Positions 31,207 through 40,283 of a stretch of 64,000 nucleotides of DNA are shown here, one piece after another. Source of the stretch: Acidobacteriota bacterium (GTDB taxonomy: Bacteria; Acidobacteriota; UBA6911; RPQK01; JAJDTT01); contig CBDCUP010000019.1 of assembly GCA_965222655.1 (NCBI GenBank), positions 280,825 to 344,824 on the forward strand, given 5' to 3'. Numbering within the stretch: the stretch's first letter is position 1; every line of letters begins with the position of its first letter. A model generated the notes under the pieces. The model was not told the DNA's origin and did no database searches. It worked only from the letters and a program-made list of their open reading frames with translations. A program made the position numbers and the translations under genes.

Positions 31207-31296
31207 TGGAGGAGGGAGAGGGACTCGAACCCTCATGCGCTGTTAACGCTGCCGGTTTTCGAAACCGGGCCCCGCCCCACTGGGGTCAACCCCTCC
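31207..31296 (-). tRNA. tRNA-Ser(CGA), type II with long variable arm
   Basis: Acceptor ggagggg/tccctcc, anticodon arm ccggt-ttCGAaa-accgg, long variable arm, T-arm gaggg-ttcgagt-ccctc, CCA encoded; 90 nt. Confidence 0.7.
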
Positions 31297-31435
31297 TCTG
31301 CTGAACCGATCCAGGACCTCACTGTTGGAGCCGGTGGCCCAACATCCCGGCCCTGGAGATTATTTATGTGGCCTTCCCTCCTTTCCGAGGAGCGCCGAAG
31401 ATCAATCCGGCGCCCCTCTCGAGTCGCGGTTGCGG

Positions 31436-32568
31436 CTAGTCCTCGACCGTCTTGTTACCGACCAGCGACCGTACCTGTTCGGTCAGCTCGCCCGAGCCGA
31501 AGATGAAGGTGGTCTTGGCGCCCGACAGGATTTCCTGCAGGCCCTCCAGTTCCTTCATCCGCGCCAGCACCGGGTTGTCGGCCATCAGCCGGGCGGTGTT
31601 GACCTGCGAGCGGACCGCGGCGGTCTCTTCACGTCGCTGAATCAGGTTGGCCTCGGCCCGCTTCTCGGCCTCGATCACCTGGTTCAGGATGGTCTTCATT
31701 TCACCCGGCAGGATGATGTCTCGCACACCCACCGAACGGACCGCGATACCAAAGTCCTCGGCTCGCGAGGCGAGCGCGTCCCGGACCTCGGTGCCGACCA
31801 CCTGCTTTTCAGCCAGCAGTTCGTCGATCCGACGAGTTCCCACTGCCGCCCGAAGCGCCAGCTGGGCCTCTCGGTAGACGGCCTGCTCGTAGTTGGTGAC
31901 CACGGTCAGGGCCAGCGTCGCGTCAGCTACCTGGTAGGTCACCAGCAGGTTGACCCGCAGAGTGACCTTGTCGGCGGTCATGATCTCCTGGCCGGCGACT
32001 TCTGCAACCTGCTCCCGCAGGTCGGCGGTCCAGAACTCGATCTTGCCGGCCTGCTTCCAGAAGGCGTGCAGACCCGGCTCCAGGACCTCGACCAGCCGCC
32101 CCTCCAGGAAGAGCAGGACCCGCTCATAGGTTCGAACCCGGACCGACTCCAGGCACTCGGCAGTTGCCGAGCGACCCAGGATGGACTCCAGTTTCGGGTG
32201 CTGGAAGCGGAAATCACGGACGTTGAACCGCTCCACTTCCAGCTCGTACGGCTTCCGCCAGAAGGCGTGACGGCCGCGTCCCAGGACCGAAGCCAGTCGC
32301 CCTTCCTTCCAGAGCAGGGCTCGTTCCTGCTCGGCCAGATCGACCAGGACCAGCTCGTCCCGCAACACCTCGTCCTCGACCAGGAGGTCGAGCAGCCGGT
32401 GCTCGAATCGAGTGGTGAGCCGGTTATAGACCTCGATCTTGACCCGGTCGGGATCCCACAGGCGTTCCACCGTTCGGTAGAAGCCTGGCTGCAGCACCCG
32501 CTCGAAATCTCCGAAGCGGAACCGCAGTCCGATCTGGTGCTTTTGAATTCGCGTCTTTAGAAACATGA
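31436..32568 (-). CDS. SPFH/band-7 (stomatin/HflK-like) domain protein
   Basis: SPFH core (QEIMTADKVTLRVNLLVTYQVAD ... AVRSVGVRDIILPGEMK) and coiled-coil tail; ORF-track start 32785 is probably an over-extension; Met at 32566 preferred. Confidence 0.7.
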
Positions 32569-33193
32569 CTGCGCTCCTTTCTGTTGCCGGAGAGAGTCTT
32601 GGTGCCTGGGGGAGAACTTGAACTTCCGAGTCGCGGCGGATGAAGCTGCAACCCCCGTTCAAATCTTCCCATTTCGCCAAACTTCCAACTCTCCAGGAAC
32701 ATGGATTGTCAGGATCTGCGACACCGCATCGAAGGAACCGCTGATCCCGTGACCATTCGAGACCCCTTGCCCCGAATGAACTCATTTCATTTTCTCCAAT
32801 AGCTCAGTTTCTTCTCCTGTTTCGACGGGCCAGTGGCCCGGCATGGCCGTCCTGCCCCCTCTGGCCGGCGGAGGCTGGGTTGAGACGACCCACCCGTAGC
32901 GTTGGCAATCGTCTTTCTGAGGCGAGCCGGTCTCCGTCGAAGGCACGAGAGATCGGTTCGTCCCATCAGAACGCTGCTTCCACGACTTCGGAGCCGTCGG
33001 TATCCCCCCGCCTGCAAGGCCGCCTTCAGGGTGCTTTCCGAGGAGCGATTGATCACAACCGAAAAACGGTCGCGAATCCTCTCACCATCGGAGAGCGTGC
33101 AAGTCGTGCCGCGCCGGATGCCACTGGGTCCGTCCATTGTCAGTAACTTCCGTCAAAGGGAAGTGTTAGGACCCTAAAACGAGGCCTAACCGT

Positions 33194-33267
33194 TGGACAT
33201 CAGGCAGGAATCGAACCTGCGACCGACGGGTTATGAGCCCGTTGCTCTGCCATCTGAGCTACTGATC
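33194..33267 (-). tRNA. tRNA-Met(CAT), initiator-like anticodon stem; acceptor stem irregular
   Basis: D-arm gctc-agatggc-agagc, anticodon arm acggg-ctCATaa-cccgt (three G-C pairs), T-arm gcagg-ttcgatt-cctgc; the 3' acceptor strand has 2 extra nt relative to the 5' strand. Confidence 0.5.
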
Positions 33268-33447
33268 CTCAGCCGACGCGGGGACTTGAAACCGTCACGG
33301 AACACACCGCTTCAACTAGCTGAAAAGCGGGGAAGCGGGGCGCCGCCGGAACCGACCGCGTCAACTGCCACGACCTGTGTAAATGCCTAACTGTTGCCGG
33401 GACACTACCAGTCGCGTGTACTGGGAGCGTGCTACTGGGTATTCGGG

Positions 33448-33480
33448 TGGGAATAAAAAAAGCCCCGAAGACTCAGTCTC
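33448..33480 (-). terminator. rho-independent terminator (GC hairpin followed by T7 on the minus strand)
   Basis: Minus-strand gccccggagactgagtcttcggggc followed by ttttttt. Confidence 0.5.
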
Positions 33481-33876
33481 CGGGGCATGAGAAGCCTAAA
33501 TGGGTGGCTTTTCTATCCCGGAGGACGGCACACTGCGCGCATATCCCATTGGCATTCGGCCAATGACTCAGCGAACCGTAGACTGGTCCCTATAGGTCCA
33601 GTTGGGCATTCATGTGTGTTGCTGAGTTGTTTCCGCATTTGTTGCCTTGCCACCTTTCTCCAGATTGAGATCCAAGAAGTCCGGGCTGCGCCCATCTATG
33701 AGGATGGACTCTCGCGGCTTGGATCGCCTGCCAACCGAAGCCTTAACCGAGCTCGGGTCTCAGCAGGGAAGAGACATTCTACAGAGAAAAGTCTCAGTGT
33801 CGAGCTTTTTTTTCGAATTTTCTCCGAGTGGAGTCATTTCGTAGGGGGAGAATTGTGACGCCATGAGGACTTCGGG

Positions 33877-34920
33877 TCACGACTCGACCCGCAGAACAAT
33901 CTTTCCGAACTGGCTCTGGTTCTCGAGATGTTTCATTGCATCCCTGGCTTGACTCAAAGGAAAGACTCTATCGATCACCGGTCTGAGCTTCCCCCTTGAG
34001 AGCAGTTCAACGATCTCTCGGTATTCCTGGCGGCTACTCATGCTGGAGCCCAGAATCTCGATCTGCTTCCAGAAGATGAGTCTCAGTTCGGTCTGGGGGT
34101 TGGGACCTGTGGTAGCGCCGCAGGTCACGATCCTGCCTCCCTTACGAACCATCTTGAGACTCTGGAGCCAGGTGGTGGCACCAGGGCCTTCCACCACGAT
34201 ATCCACACCCCGTTTCCCAGTGAGCTTGTACACCTCCTTGGCCACGTCGGCGGTAGTGTAATTGAAGCAGTGATCGGCACCGAGTTTACTGGCTTGTTCA
34301 AGCTTGGTCTCACTGGAAGAGCTGACGAAGGTGCGAGCACCCGACAGGACTGCGATTTGTAGGGCTGCAGATGCTACGCCGCCTCCGATCCCGTGAATGA
34401 AGACATCCTCGCCAGCCCGTAGCCGGGCACGGGTTTTCAACATTCTCCAGGCGGTTTGGGTCACCAGGGAAAAGGCGGCAGCCTCTTCGAAAGAGACGCC
34501 GCTGGGAATCTTCTCGAAGTTGGCCTCTGGAGCCTGGAAGTACTGTGCGAAGGTCCCTCCGGTATGCTCACCCATCAGGCCGAATCCTATGCAGAGGCTG
34601 TGCTCGCCCTGAACACAGAATTCGCACTGGCCACACGAGAGGCCCGGATTCAGCATCACCTGGTCTCCGGGCTCCAGACGGCTGACACCCTGACCCACTT
34701 CCTCGACGATTCCGGCCCCATCCGATCCCATCACGTGCGGCATCTCCAGATTCACTCCCGGAATGCCTTCCAGAACAAAGAGGTCGAGGCGGTTGAGGGC
34801 CACGGCTCTGGCTCGAACCAGGACGTGGCCTGGGTCTACCTGAGGACGATCGATTTCCTGGAAGTGGAGCTCATCCAGGGTTCCATGCCGGTGGATGACG
34901 GCGGCGTGCATCTTTCCCAT
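33877..34920 (-). CDS. Zn-dependent alcohol dehydrogenase / MDR superfamily oxidoreductase
   Basis: GHEGAG-like motif (MGSDGAGIVEEVG), structural Zn Cys cluster CGQCEFCVQGEHSLC, GxGxxG Rossmann motif. Confidence 0.8.
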   Translation of the reverse strand: MGKMHAAVIHRHGTLDELHFQEIDRPQVDPGHVLVRARAVALNRLDLFVLEGIPGVNLEMPHVMGSDGAGIVEEVGQGVSRLEPGDQVMLNPGLSCGQCEFCVQGEHSLCIGFGLMGEHTGGTFAQYFQAPEANFEKIPSGVSFEEAAAFSLVTQTAWRMLKTRARLRAGEDVFIHGIGGGVASAALQIAVLSGARTFVSSSSETKLEQASKLGADHCFNYTTADVAKEVYKLTGKRGVDIVVEGPGATTWLQSLKMVRKGGRIVTCGATTGPNPQTELRLIFWKQIEILGSSMSSRQEYREIVELLSRGKLRPVIDRVFPLSQARDAMKHLENQSQFGKIVLRVES

Positions 34921-34927
34921 TTTCGAC

Positions 34928-35914
34928 TCAGAGTCCCTCTATTTCCTTGATCCTTCGAGTCAAGGCAGGCACGACTTCGAGGAGATCGGCTACGATCCCG
35001 TAGTTGGCGATATTGAAGATGGGAGCATTGGGGTCGCTGTTGATGGCCACGATACAGCCTGAGTTTCTCATCCCAACGACGTGCTGGATCGCTCCCGAGA
35101 TGCCGCAGGCGAGATAGAGCCGGGGAGAAACGGTTTGCCCCGAACTGCCTATTTGTCGGGACCGTTCCAGCCACTCGCTGTCAACCGCCGCACGGCTGGC
35201 CCCGATCTCAGCGCCCAGGACCTCTGCTAGTTCCTGGATGATCTTCAGGTTCGCGGCCTCTTTGATGCCTCTGCCGACGGCCACGATGATCTCGGCCTTT
35301 CCCAGGTCCACCCTCTCTTTAGCGGACGCAACCACCTCGAGCGACTTTCGTTTCACCTCTATCTGCGAAAGGTCGACCGTCCGCTCTACGACCGAGCAAC
35401 TACCCTGGAGGATGTCGTCGGAGCTGACCGCCCCCGACTGCAAAGTCACCAGCCAGGGCGGAGCCGAGCGGATCCGTACATCGGCATTGATCTTGTTTCG
35501 GAACATCTGTCGTGAAAACAGGAGTTCGTCACCGCGTTGCTTGTAGCCAATACAGTCCGTGACCAGACCTGATTTCAAGCTGGCGGCAAGCCTGGGAGCC
35601 AGATCGATGTTCTGGTAGGTGTGAGCCATCAGAAACAGATCGGGCCGATCTTCCACCAGAATCTGACGCAAGGTCTCAGAGTAGATGTCGGGATTGTACT
35701 CACTGAGCCGTTCGTGTTGAACCGCAAGGACCGCTTCGGCCTTCCTGCCGATGACCTGCTGCGCCAGGGCCGCGGCATCTTGTCCCAGGATCAGCGGGTG
35801 AAGAGAGCCTCCCAGGTCCCGGGCCAGCTGCTGGCCAAAGACCAGCGTTTCCCAGGAGGCGGAGGGGATCTTTCCGTCACTGTGATCGAGCAGGGCGTAG
35901 ATGGTGTTCGTCAT
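34928..35914 (-). CDS. etfA: electron transfer flavoprotein alpha subunit
   Basis: FAD-binding C-terminal signature (RAAVDSEW ... PRLYLACGISGAIQHVVGM). Confidence 0.85.
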   Translation of the reverse strand: MTNTIYALLDHSDGKIPSASWETLVFGQQLARDLGGSLHPLILGQDAAALAQQVIGRKAEAVLAVQHERLSEYNPDIYSETLRQILVEDRPDLFLMAHTYQNIDLAPRLAASLKSGLVTDCIGYKQRGDELLFSRQMFRNKINADVRIRSAPPWLVTLQSGAVSSDDILQGSCSVVERTVDLSQIEVKRKSLEVVASAKERVDLGKAEIIVAVGRGIKEAANLKIIQELAEVLGAEIGASRAAVDSEWLERSRQIGSSGQTVSPRLYLACGISGAIQHVVGMRNSGCIVAINSDPNAPIFNIANYGIVADLLEVVPALTRRIKEIEGL

Positions 35915-35933
35915 CTCTTCAGAAGCGTCACGC

Positions 35934-36716
35934 TTAGATTACCTTGGCCTCTTTCCTCAGCTTCTCCACCAGTGTCTCCGCCAGAGTCTCGACGTTGCCC
36001 TCGAGCATCTCCGCCTTGGTGTGGGTCTGGGGGACATAGAGGTCAACTATCTCCAATTGCGGCATCGAGGCGAAGTCCAGCTCCAACTCACCTAGCTGGA
36101 TGTTTCGAATCTCCTTCTTTTTGGCTTGCATGATTCCTCGCAGTGGGGGGAAACGAACCTGAGAAATCCCGGCCTGAATAGCGAGTACGGCAGGCAGGGA
36201 CATCTCCACCCACTGGAAAAAGCCACTTTCCATCTCTCGAAGCGCCCTTACCTTCCCCAGGCTGGGATCGACATCAATCTGCATGACGATGGTGGCATGA
36301 GGTATCCCCAACAATTCGGCCAGGATCACGCCGGTCTGACCGTAACCGTAGTCGTCCGACTGAGTTCCCAGCAGGATCAATTCGAACTCCTCGGGACCCA
36401 GCACGCCAGCCAAAGCCGCCGCCACGGTGTAGGGACTGGTAAGCTCGCTGGACTCATCGACGACCCTGATCCCGCGGTCCGCCCCCATGGCCAAAGCCTT
36501 ACGCATCGACTTCTCGGAGCCCGTCGGTCCCGCGGTCACGACGACCACTTCACCTCCGTGCTGCTCTTTCAGCTTCAGGGCTTCTTCCAGGGAGTACTCG
36601 TCGCACTCGCTGATGTCGTAGGTGAGATCGGAGTCTTGGATCCAGGGCCTGTCTTCGCGCAGTTGGTAGCGGCTTTCGCGTCCGGGAACTGCCTTGAGAC
36701 AGGTCGCGAGCTTCAT
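35934..36716 (-). CDS. etfB: electron transfer flavoprotein beta subunit
   Basis: EtfB-typical N-terminus MKLATCLKAVP and overall pattern; 20-bp spacing to etfA. Confidence 0.85.
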   Translation of the reverse strand: MKLATCLKAVPGRESRYQLREDRPWIQDSDLTYDISECDEYSLEEALKLKEQHGGEVVVVTAGPTGSEKSMRKALAMGADRGIRVVDESSELTSPYTVAAALAGVLGPEEFELILLGTQSDDYGYGQTGVILAELLGIPHATIVMQIDVDPSLGKVRALREMESGFFQWVEMSLPAVLAIQAGISQVRFPPLRGIMQAKKKEIRNIQLGELELDFASMPQLEIVDLYVPQTHTKAEMLEGNVETLAETLVEKLRKEAKVI

Positions 36717-37156
36717 TTCTTGAACAAGCGCTCGAAAGCCTCACGCGGGTCTGTGGGACTCGATTCAGTGCTGGTAGTCCGCTGGGAGCTGACGACTTTC
36801 TCTACCGCTGTTCGGGTTTCAAAGAAATCACACATATTCCCCATGTCCTTTTTGGGAACGCGCTCCGGAATCGGTTCCGTGCACTCGAAGCGAGCGGTGG
36901 GGTCGAAGTGGACACAGTTTTTGCAGGTATGGAGGTCCGCCTCGCACTTGAGGCACTTGCTCGTATAGGTCACTTCGTCAAAGGATGTAGGGAGGGAGGC
37001 GCCACACAATGCGCACCGAACCACCTTGTGAAATCCGGTCATTCTGGGAGAGCGGGGACCTTCTCGAGAGGATGGAGAGCGTGGTTTCCGCTCTTTCTGG
37101 CGCCGCTCAGATCGCTCTGACCCGTCGCCGTAGCCCGGCTGCCGATACTTCTTCAT
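36713..37156 (-). CDS. zinc-ribbon (multi-CxxC) small protein
   Basis: CALC...C..C...C..C cluster; basic low-complexity N-terminus; overlaps the etfB stop (possible operon). Confidence 0.45.
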   Translation of the reverse strand: MKKYRQPGYGDGSERSERRQKERKPRSPSSREGPRSPRMTGFHKVVRCALCGASLPTSFDEVTYTSKCLKCEADLHTCKNCVHFDPTARFECTEPIPERVPKKDMGNMCDFFETRTAVEKVVSSQRTTSTESSPTDPREAFERLFKK

Positions 37157-37208
37157 GGGTGAATACCTCGGTTGAGAGTTTTCAATCCTCTTGACAGAGC
37201 CGTCCTAA

Positions 37209-37383
37209 CCCGCATTTCTCATCGCTGGTCTACTACGTCGCCGCAATCATCCGCCCTGGCTGCGTTACGCTCTCTCGGCCTCCTCGACGTACTGCACGAG
37301 TACGACTGCGGGGGCCTCGGTCGCAAGCCTTGCCAGGACGGCCCTTGCGGCGCCTCGCTACGACAAGCGATGAGAAATCCGGG
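37209..37383. repeat. 175-bp MITE-like element with imperfect terminal inverted repeats, copy 1 (copy 2 at 59157-59331)
   Basis: About 97% identical to 59157-59331; ends cccgcatttctcatcgctggtctac / gctacgacaagcgatgagaaatccggg are mutually reverse-complementary; internal hairpins cgtactgcacgagtacg and gcaagccttgc. Confidence 0.8.
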
Positions 37384-37531
37384 TTAACGCAGTGCAACCT
37401 GGGCTGCATCTAAACGATGCACTCCCACACCATTGATCTCCCCTTGTACCCGCTTTGTTTAGTAAGTCTGTCTACACTCGCCGCCCCAGCTGCGGGGTGT
37501 AGGACTTAGATGTCTAAGTAGTTGTTCTAAA

Positions 37532-38044
37532 TCAGAGTCCTGCGCAGGTGCTCTTGACGCCGCCAATTTCCAAGGCATCTGATCCGAAATCGATACGACG
37601 GATAATCCCCTCTTTGTCGACGACGAGCGTCGTTCTCTTGGAGATGCCCCGATCCGGATCATACACTCCATAGGCTTGACTGACCGTCCGGTGGGGGAAA
37701 TCACTCAGAAGAGGGAATTCGACCCCGAGCTTCTCGCGATACGCCTTGAGCGAGAATCTAGCATCAACGCTGATTCCGAATATTTGCGTATCCTTGTCGT
37801 TGAAGTATGCGATATCAGACTGATATCGCTGAAGTTCCGTCGTTCAGCCTCCGGTAAACGCGAGCACGAAAAAGGCAAGAACAACATTCTTCTTGCCTCC
37901 GAAGTCACTCAGACGTACCTTGTTTCCGTCCTGGTCGGATAGTTCGAAGTCAGGCGCTACATCACCCACGTTGAGGTTACTTGATTGGGCTTGAGCGAAC
38001 CCGATCATGAAACAACAAACGACAAGAGTTCTGAGCAGCTTCAT
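37532..38044 (-). CDS. secreted AhpC/TSA-family peroxiredoxin, candidate selenoprotein (in-frame TGA at 37844-37846 at the catalytic Cys position)
   Basis: Read-through gives [19 protein letters not shown]...[103 protein letters not shown]...; the FTGGUTTE site corresponds to Prx FTxVCPTE; the ORF track stops at the TGA. Confidence 0.65.
37809..37829 (-). promoter_or_regulatory. SECIS-like hairpin 14 nt downstream of the in-frame UGA
   Basis: mRNA UGA-ACGACGGAACUUCA-GCGAUAUCA-GUC-UGAUAUCGC: 9-bp perfect stem with GU in the apical loop. Confidence 0.5.
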
Positions 38045-38065
38045 ACTCTTGATTCTAGGACGTTG

Positions 38066-38323
38066 ATGCCCAGGAAGCAAATCAATTTCTACACACGACC
38101 CGGTTGCCACCTGTGCGAGGATGCTCTCAAAGTATTGCAAGATCTCCGAAGGGAATTCAAGTTCAGTCTCACAATCGTGGACATCTCTGATTCAGAGGAC
38201 CTGGTCGCCCGCTATGGCAACGACATCCCGGTAGCAGAGCTCGAGGGCCGGAGAATTTTCAAGCACCGAACGGATCGACGAGTTATGCGACGAGTTTTGA
38301 GCCGGCTTTGTGCAGCGGAGTAG
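38066..38323 (+). CDS. glutaredoxin-like (thioredoxin-fold, CxxC) small protein
   Basis: [13 protein letters not shown]...IVDI..D..L..RYGN.IPV pattern; ORF track extends to a TTG at 37985. Confidence 0.6.
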   Translation: MPRKQINFYTRPGCHLCEDALKVLQDLRREFKFSLTIVDISDSEDLVARYGNDIPVAELEGRRIFKHRTDRRVMRRVLSRLCAAE

Positions 38324-38495
38324 TAGGCTATAGTGACTACCAGATTCGCAGGCTGAGTTCTCATTGGATCGGCATCGCGTTTTTCAAGAAATGAAAACCT
38401 TCAACCTGCATCTTGTAACCTGCTAACCTGTAACCTATGACATTCATCCCCGAATCTTTCCCCGTGAGAACCTCGAAGGCCGAGCAGGAAACAAC

Positions 38496-39038
38496 ATGAA
38501 GATCTACACGGGTAGAGGTGACACTGGTTTGACCTCACTTTTCAGCGGGCAGCGTGTTGGAAAGGACGCCCTTCGGGTCGAGGCCTATGGAACGCTAGAC
38601 GAGCTGAATTCGATTCTGGGGAGTGCGCTGGCTTTCAGCCAGAATGCTGAAGTGGCCAGTATCCTCAAGGATCTTCAAGACAAGCTCTTTCGCTCCGGAT
38701 CCGATCTGGCTACGATTACCGGTGAGAGGGTTCGACGTCTGGGCGAGCCGGATTGGAGGGGACTCGAGACTACGATTGATCGGTTGGAGTCCGATCTTCC
38801 CCCCTTGAAGAACTTCATACTCCCCGGCGGTTCGCCCGCTGCATCCTTGATTCAGGTCGGACGCTCGGTATGCCGGCGAGCGGAGCGGTTGGCCGTGAGC
38901 CTGGCCAACCAGGAAGGCGACGTCAATCCGCATCTCATCGTTTATTTGAATCGGCTTTCCGATCTGCTTTTTGTTCTGGGACGCTATGAAAATCTCAAAG
39001 AGGGTGGGCAGGAGACCATCTGGAAGGAGGAAGCTTGA
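38496..39038 (+). CDS. ATP:cob(I)alamin adenosyltransferase, PduO-type
   Basis: MKIYTGRGDTGLTSLFSGQRV...AYGTLDELNS signature. Confidence 0.8.
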   Translation: MKIYTGRGDTGLTSLFSGQRVGKDALRVEAYGTLDELNSILGSALAFSQNAEVASILKDLQDKLFRSGSDLATITGERVRRLGEPDWRGLETTIDRLESDLPPLKNFILPGGSPAASLIQVGRSVCRRAERLAVSLANQEGDVNPHLIVYLNRLSDLLFVLGRYENLKEGGQETIWKEEA

Positions 39039-40015
39039 AGACTTTGGGTCTCGAGGCGTGCCCAAAGTGTAGAGGCTCGGGCTGGATTGTCCAGGCCGAT
39101 GCCGAACGAGACCAGGTGGCCCCCTGTCCCGAGTGCAGCTCCAAGCTTCGGATGCAGCGACTCCTGGCGAATGCCAAGATCCCGCCTCGCTACCTTTCCC
39201 GCGGCTTCGACGTCTACTCGATTCACCACCCCCTGCAGGGGCGTGCTCTCCGCCGGGCGATTGAATACGTGGAGGCTTTTCCAGCCGTCCCGCGAGGACT
39301 TCTCTTCCTGGGCCCCTGTGGAGTAGGGAAGACTCACCTGGCGGTTGCGATTCTGAAGGCGGTTGTCCAGGCCAAAGAGGTTTCGGCAAGGTTCGTGGAC
39401 GAAGCGGAATTGCTGCGGCGGCTGATGTATTCCTATGGCCCCGATTCTCCGGAGACAGAAAGGGAGCTCTTACTGCCTCTTCTTTCGGCCGATCTCGTGG
39501 TCTGGGACGACCTCGGCACGGGCAGACCCACCGAGTGGGTGGCGGAGACGATCCGGACGGTCTTGAATCACCGATACACCTACAACAAGCAGACTCTTCT
39601 AACCAGTAACTGGCCCGTGGAGACTCAAGTAAGAAACCGCCTGGGAAAGGAATCGCTGAAGGATCAAACTCTCGCTGAACGGATTGGCTTGAGGTTGTAT
39701 TCCCGCGTTATGGAGATGTGTGAACTGTTGCAAGTGGACGGACCCGATGCACGGACTGAAATTCACAAGGCTGGGTTGGATTTCCAGCAGGATCACAAGC
39801 AGGGCTCAACGATGAGCCTGCCCCCGGGAATTCTGCGCTGCACCAAGTGCGAATCACGCCAAGTCAGGCCGGTTGACTACTCTCGCCCTCGAGGTTCGGG
39901 AGAAGGCGAACATGTTGAAGTTTCCTGTCTGTGCGAGGACTGCGACGAGCACTTCCTGGCCCGCTTCTTCTCGCAGGGTTCTCGGGTTGAGTATCCCGGC
40001 ATCGCGGCATCCTAG
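39035..40015 (+). CDS. DnaC/IstB-family AAA+ ATPase flanked by N- and C-terminal zinc-ribbon motifs
   Basis: Walker A GPCGVGKTHLAVAI, Walker B LVVWDDLG; N-terminal CPKC...CPEC and C-terminal CTKC...CLCEDC; start overlaps the PduO stop by 4 bp. Confidence 0.6.
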   Translation: MKTLGLEACPKCRGSGWIVQADAERDQVAPCPECSSKLRMQRLLANAKIPPRYLSRGFDVYSIHHPLQGRALRRAIEYVEAFPAVPRGLLFLGPCGVGKTHLAVAILKAVVQAKEVSARFVDEAELLRRLMYSYGPDSPETERELLLPLLSADLVVWDDLGTGRPTEWVAETIRTVLNHRYTYNKQTLLTSNWPVETQVRNRLGKESLKDQTLAERIGLRLYSRVMEMCELLQVDGPDARTEIHKAGLDFQQDHKQGSTMSLPPGILRCTKCESRQVRPVDYSRPRGSGEGEHVEVSCLCEDCDEHFLARFFSQGSRVEYPGIAAS

Positions 40016-40283
40016 GCCGAGATCGAATCGAACCGTATAAAAATGCGGTTTGGCTTGTCCAAGTAGACTTTTTCGATCCAGATGGATCTCTGTAGGGGGG
40101 GTGGGGGCCCCGATACGTGTGCGTTGTTTTTTTTCAGACCCTGCGCATAGAATCGGGCAGGTTCGGCATAGGCTCATAGAGTCGAGGTAGGAATTGTGTG
40201 CGTGAGTATTTTCGGGCTGAGACCAGGCGCTTGTGCCTGATTTGATGTGGATCTTGGCTCCCGTAATCTGTAAGGAGGATTAG

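Noticed and set aside
32570-32760. tRNA-like T-loop sequence (gttcaaatc / ttgaacgggggttgcag) upstream of the SPFH gene
   Set aside because: A cloverleaf could not be built in either orientation. The stem partners are missing.
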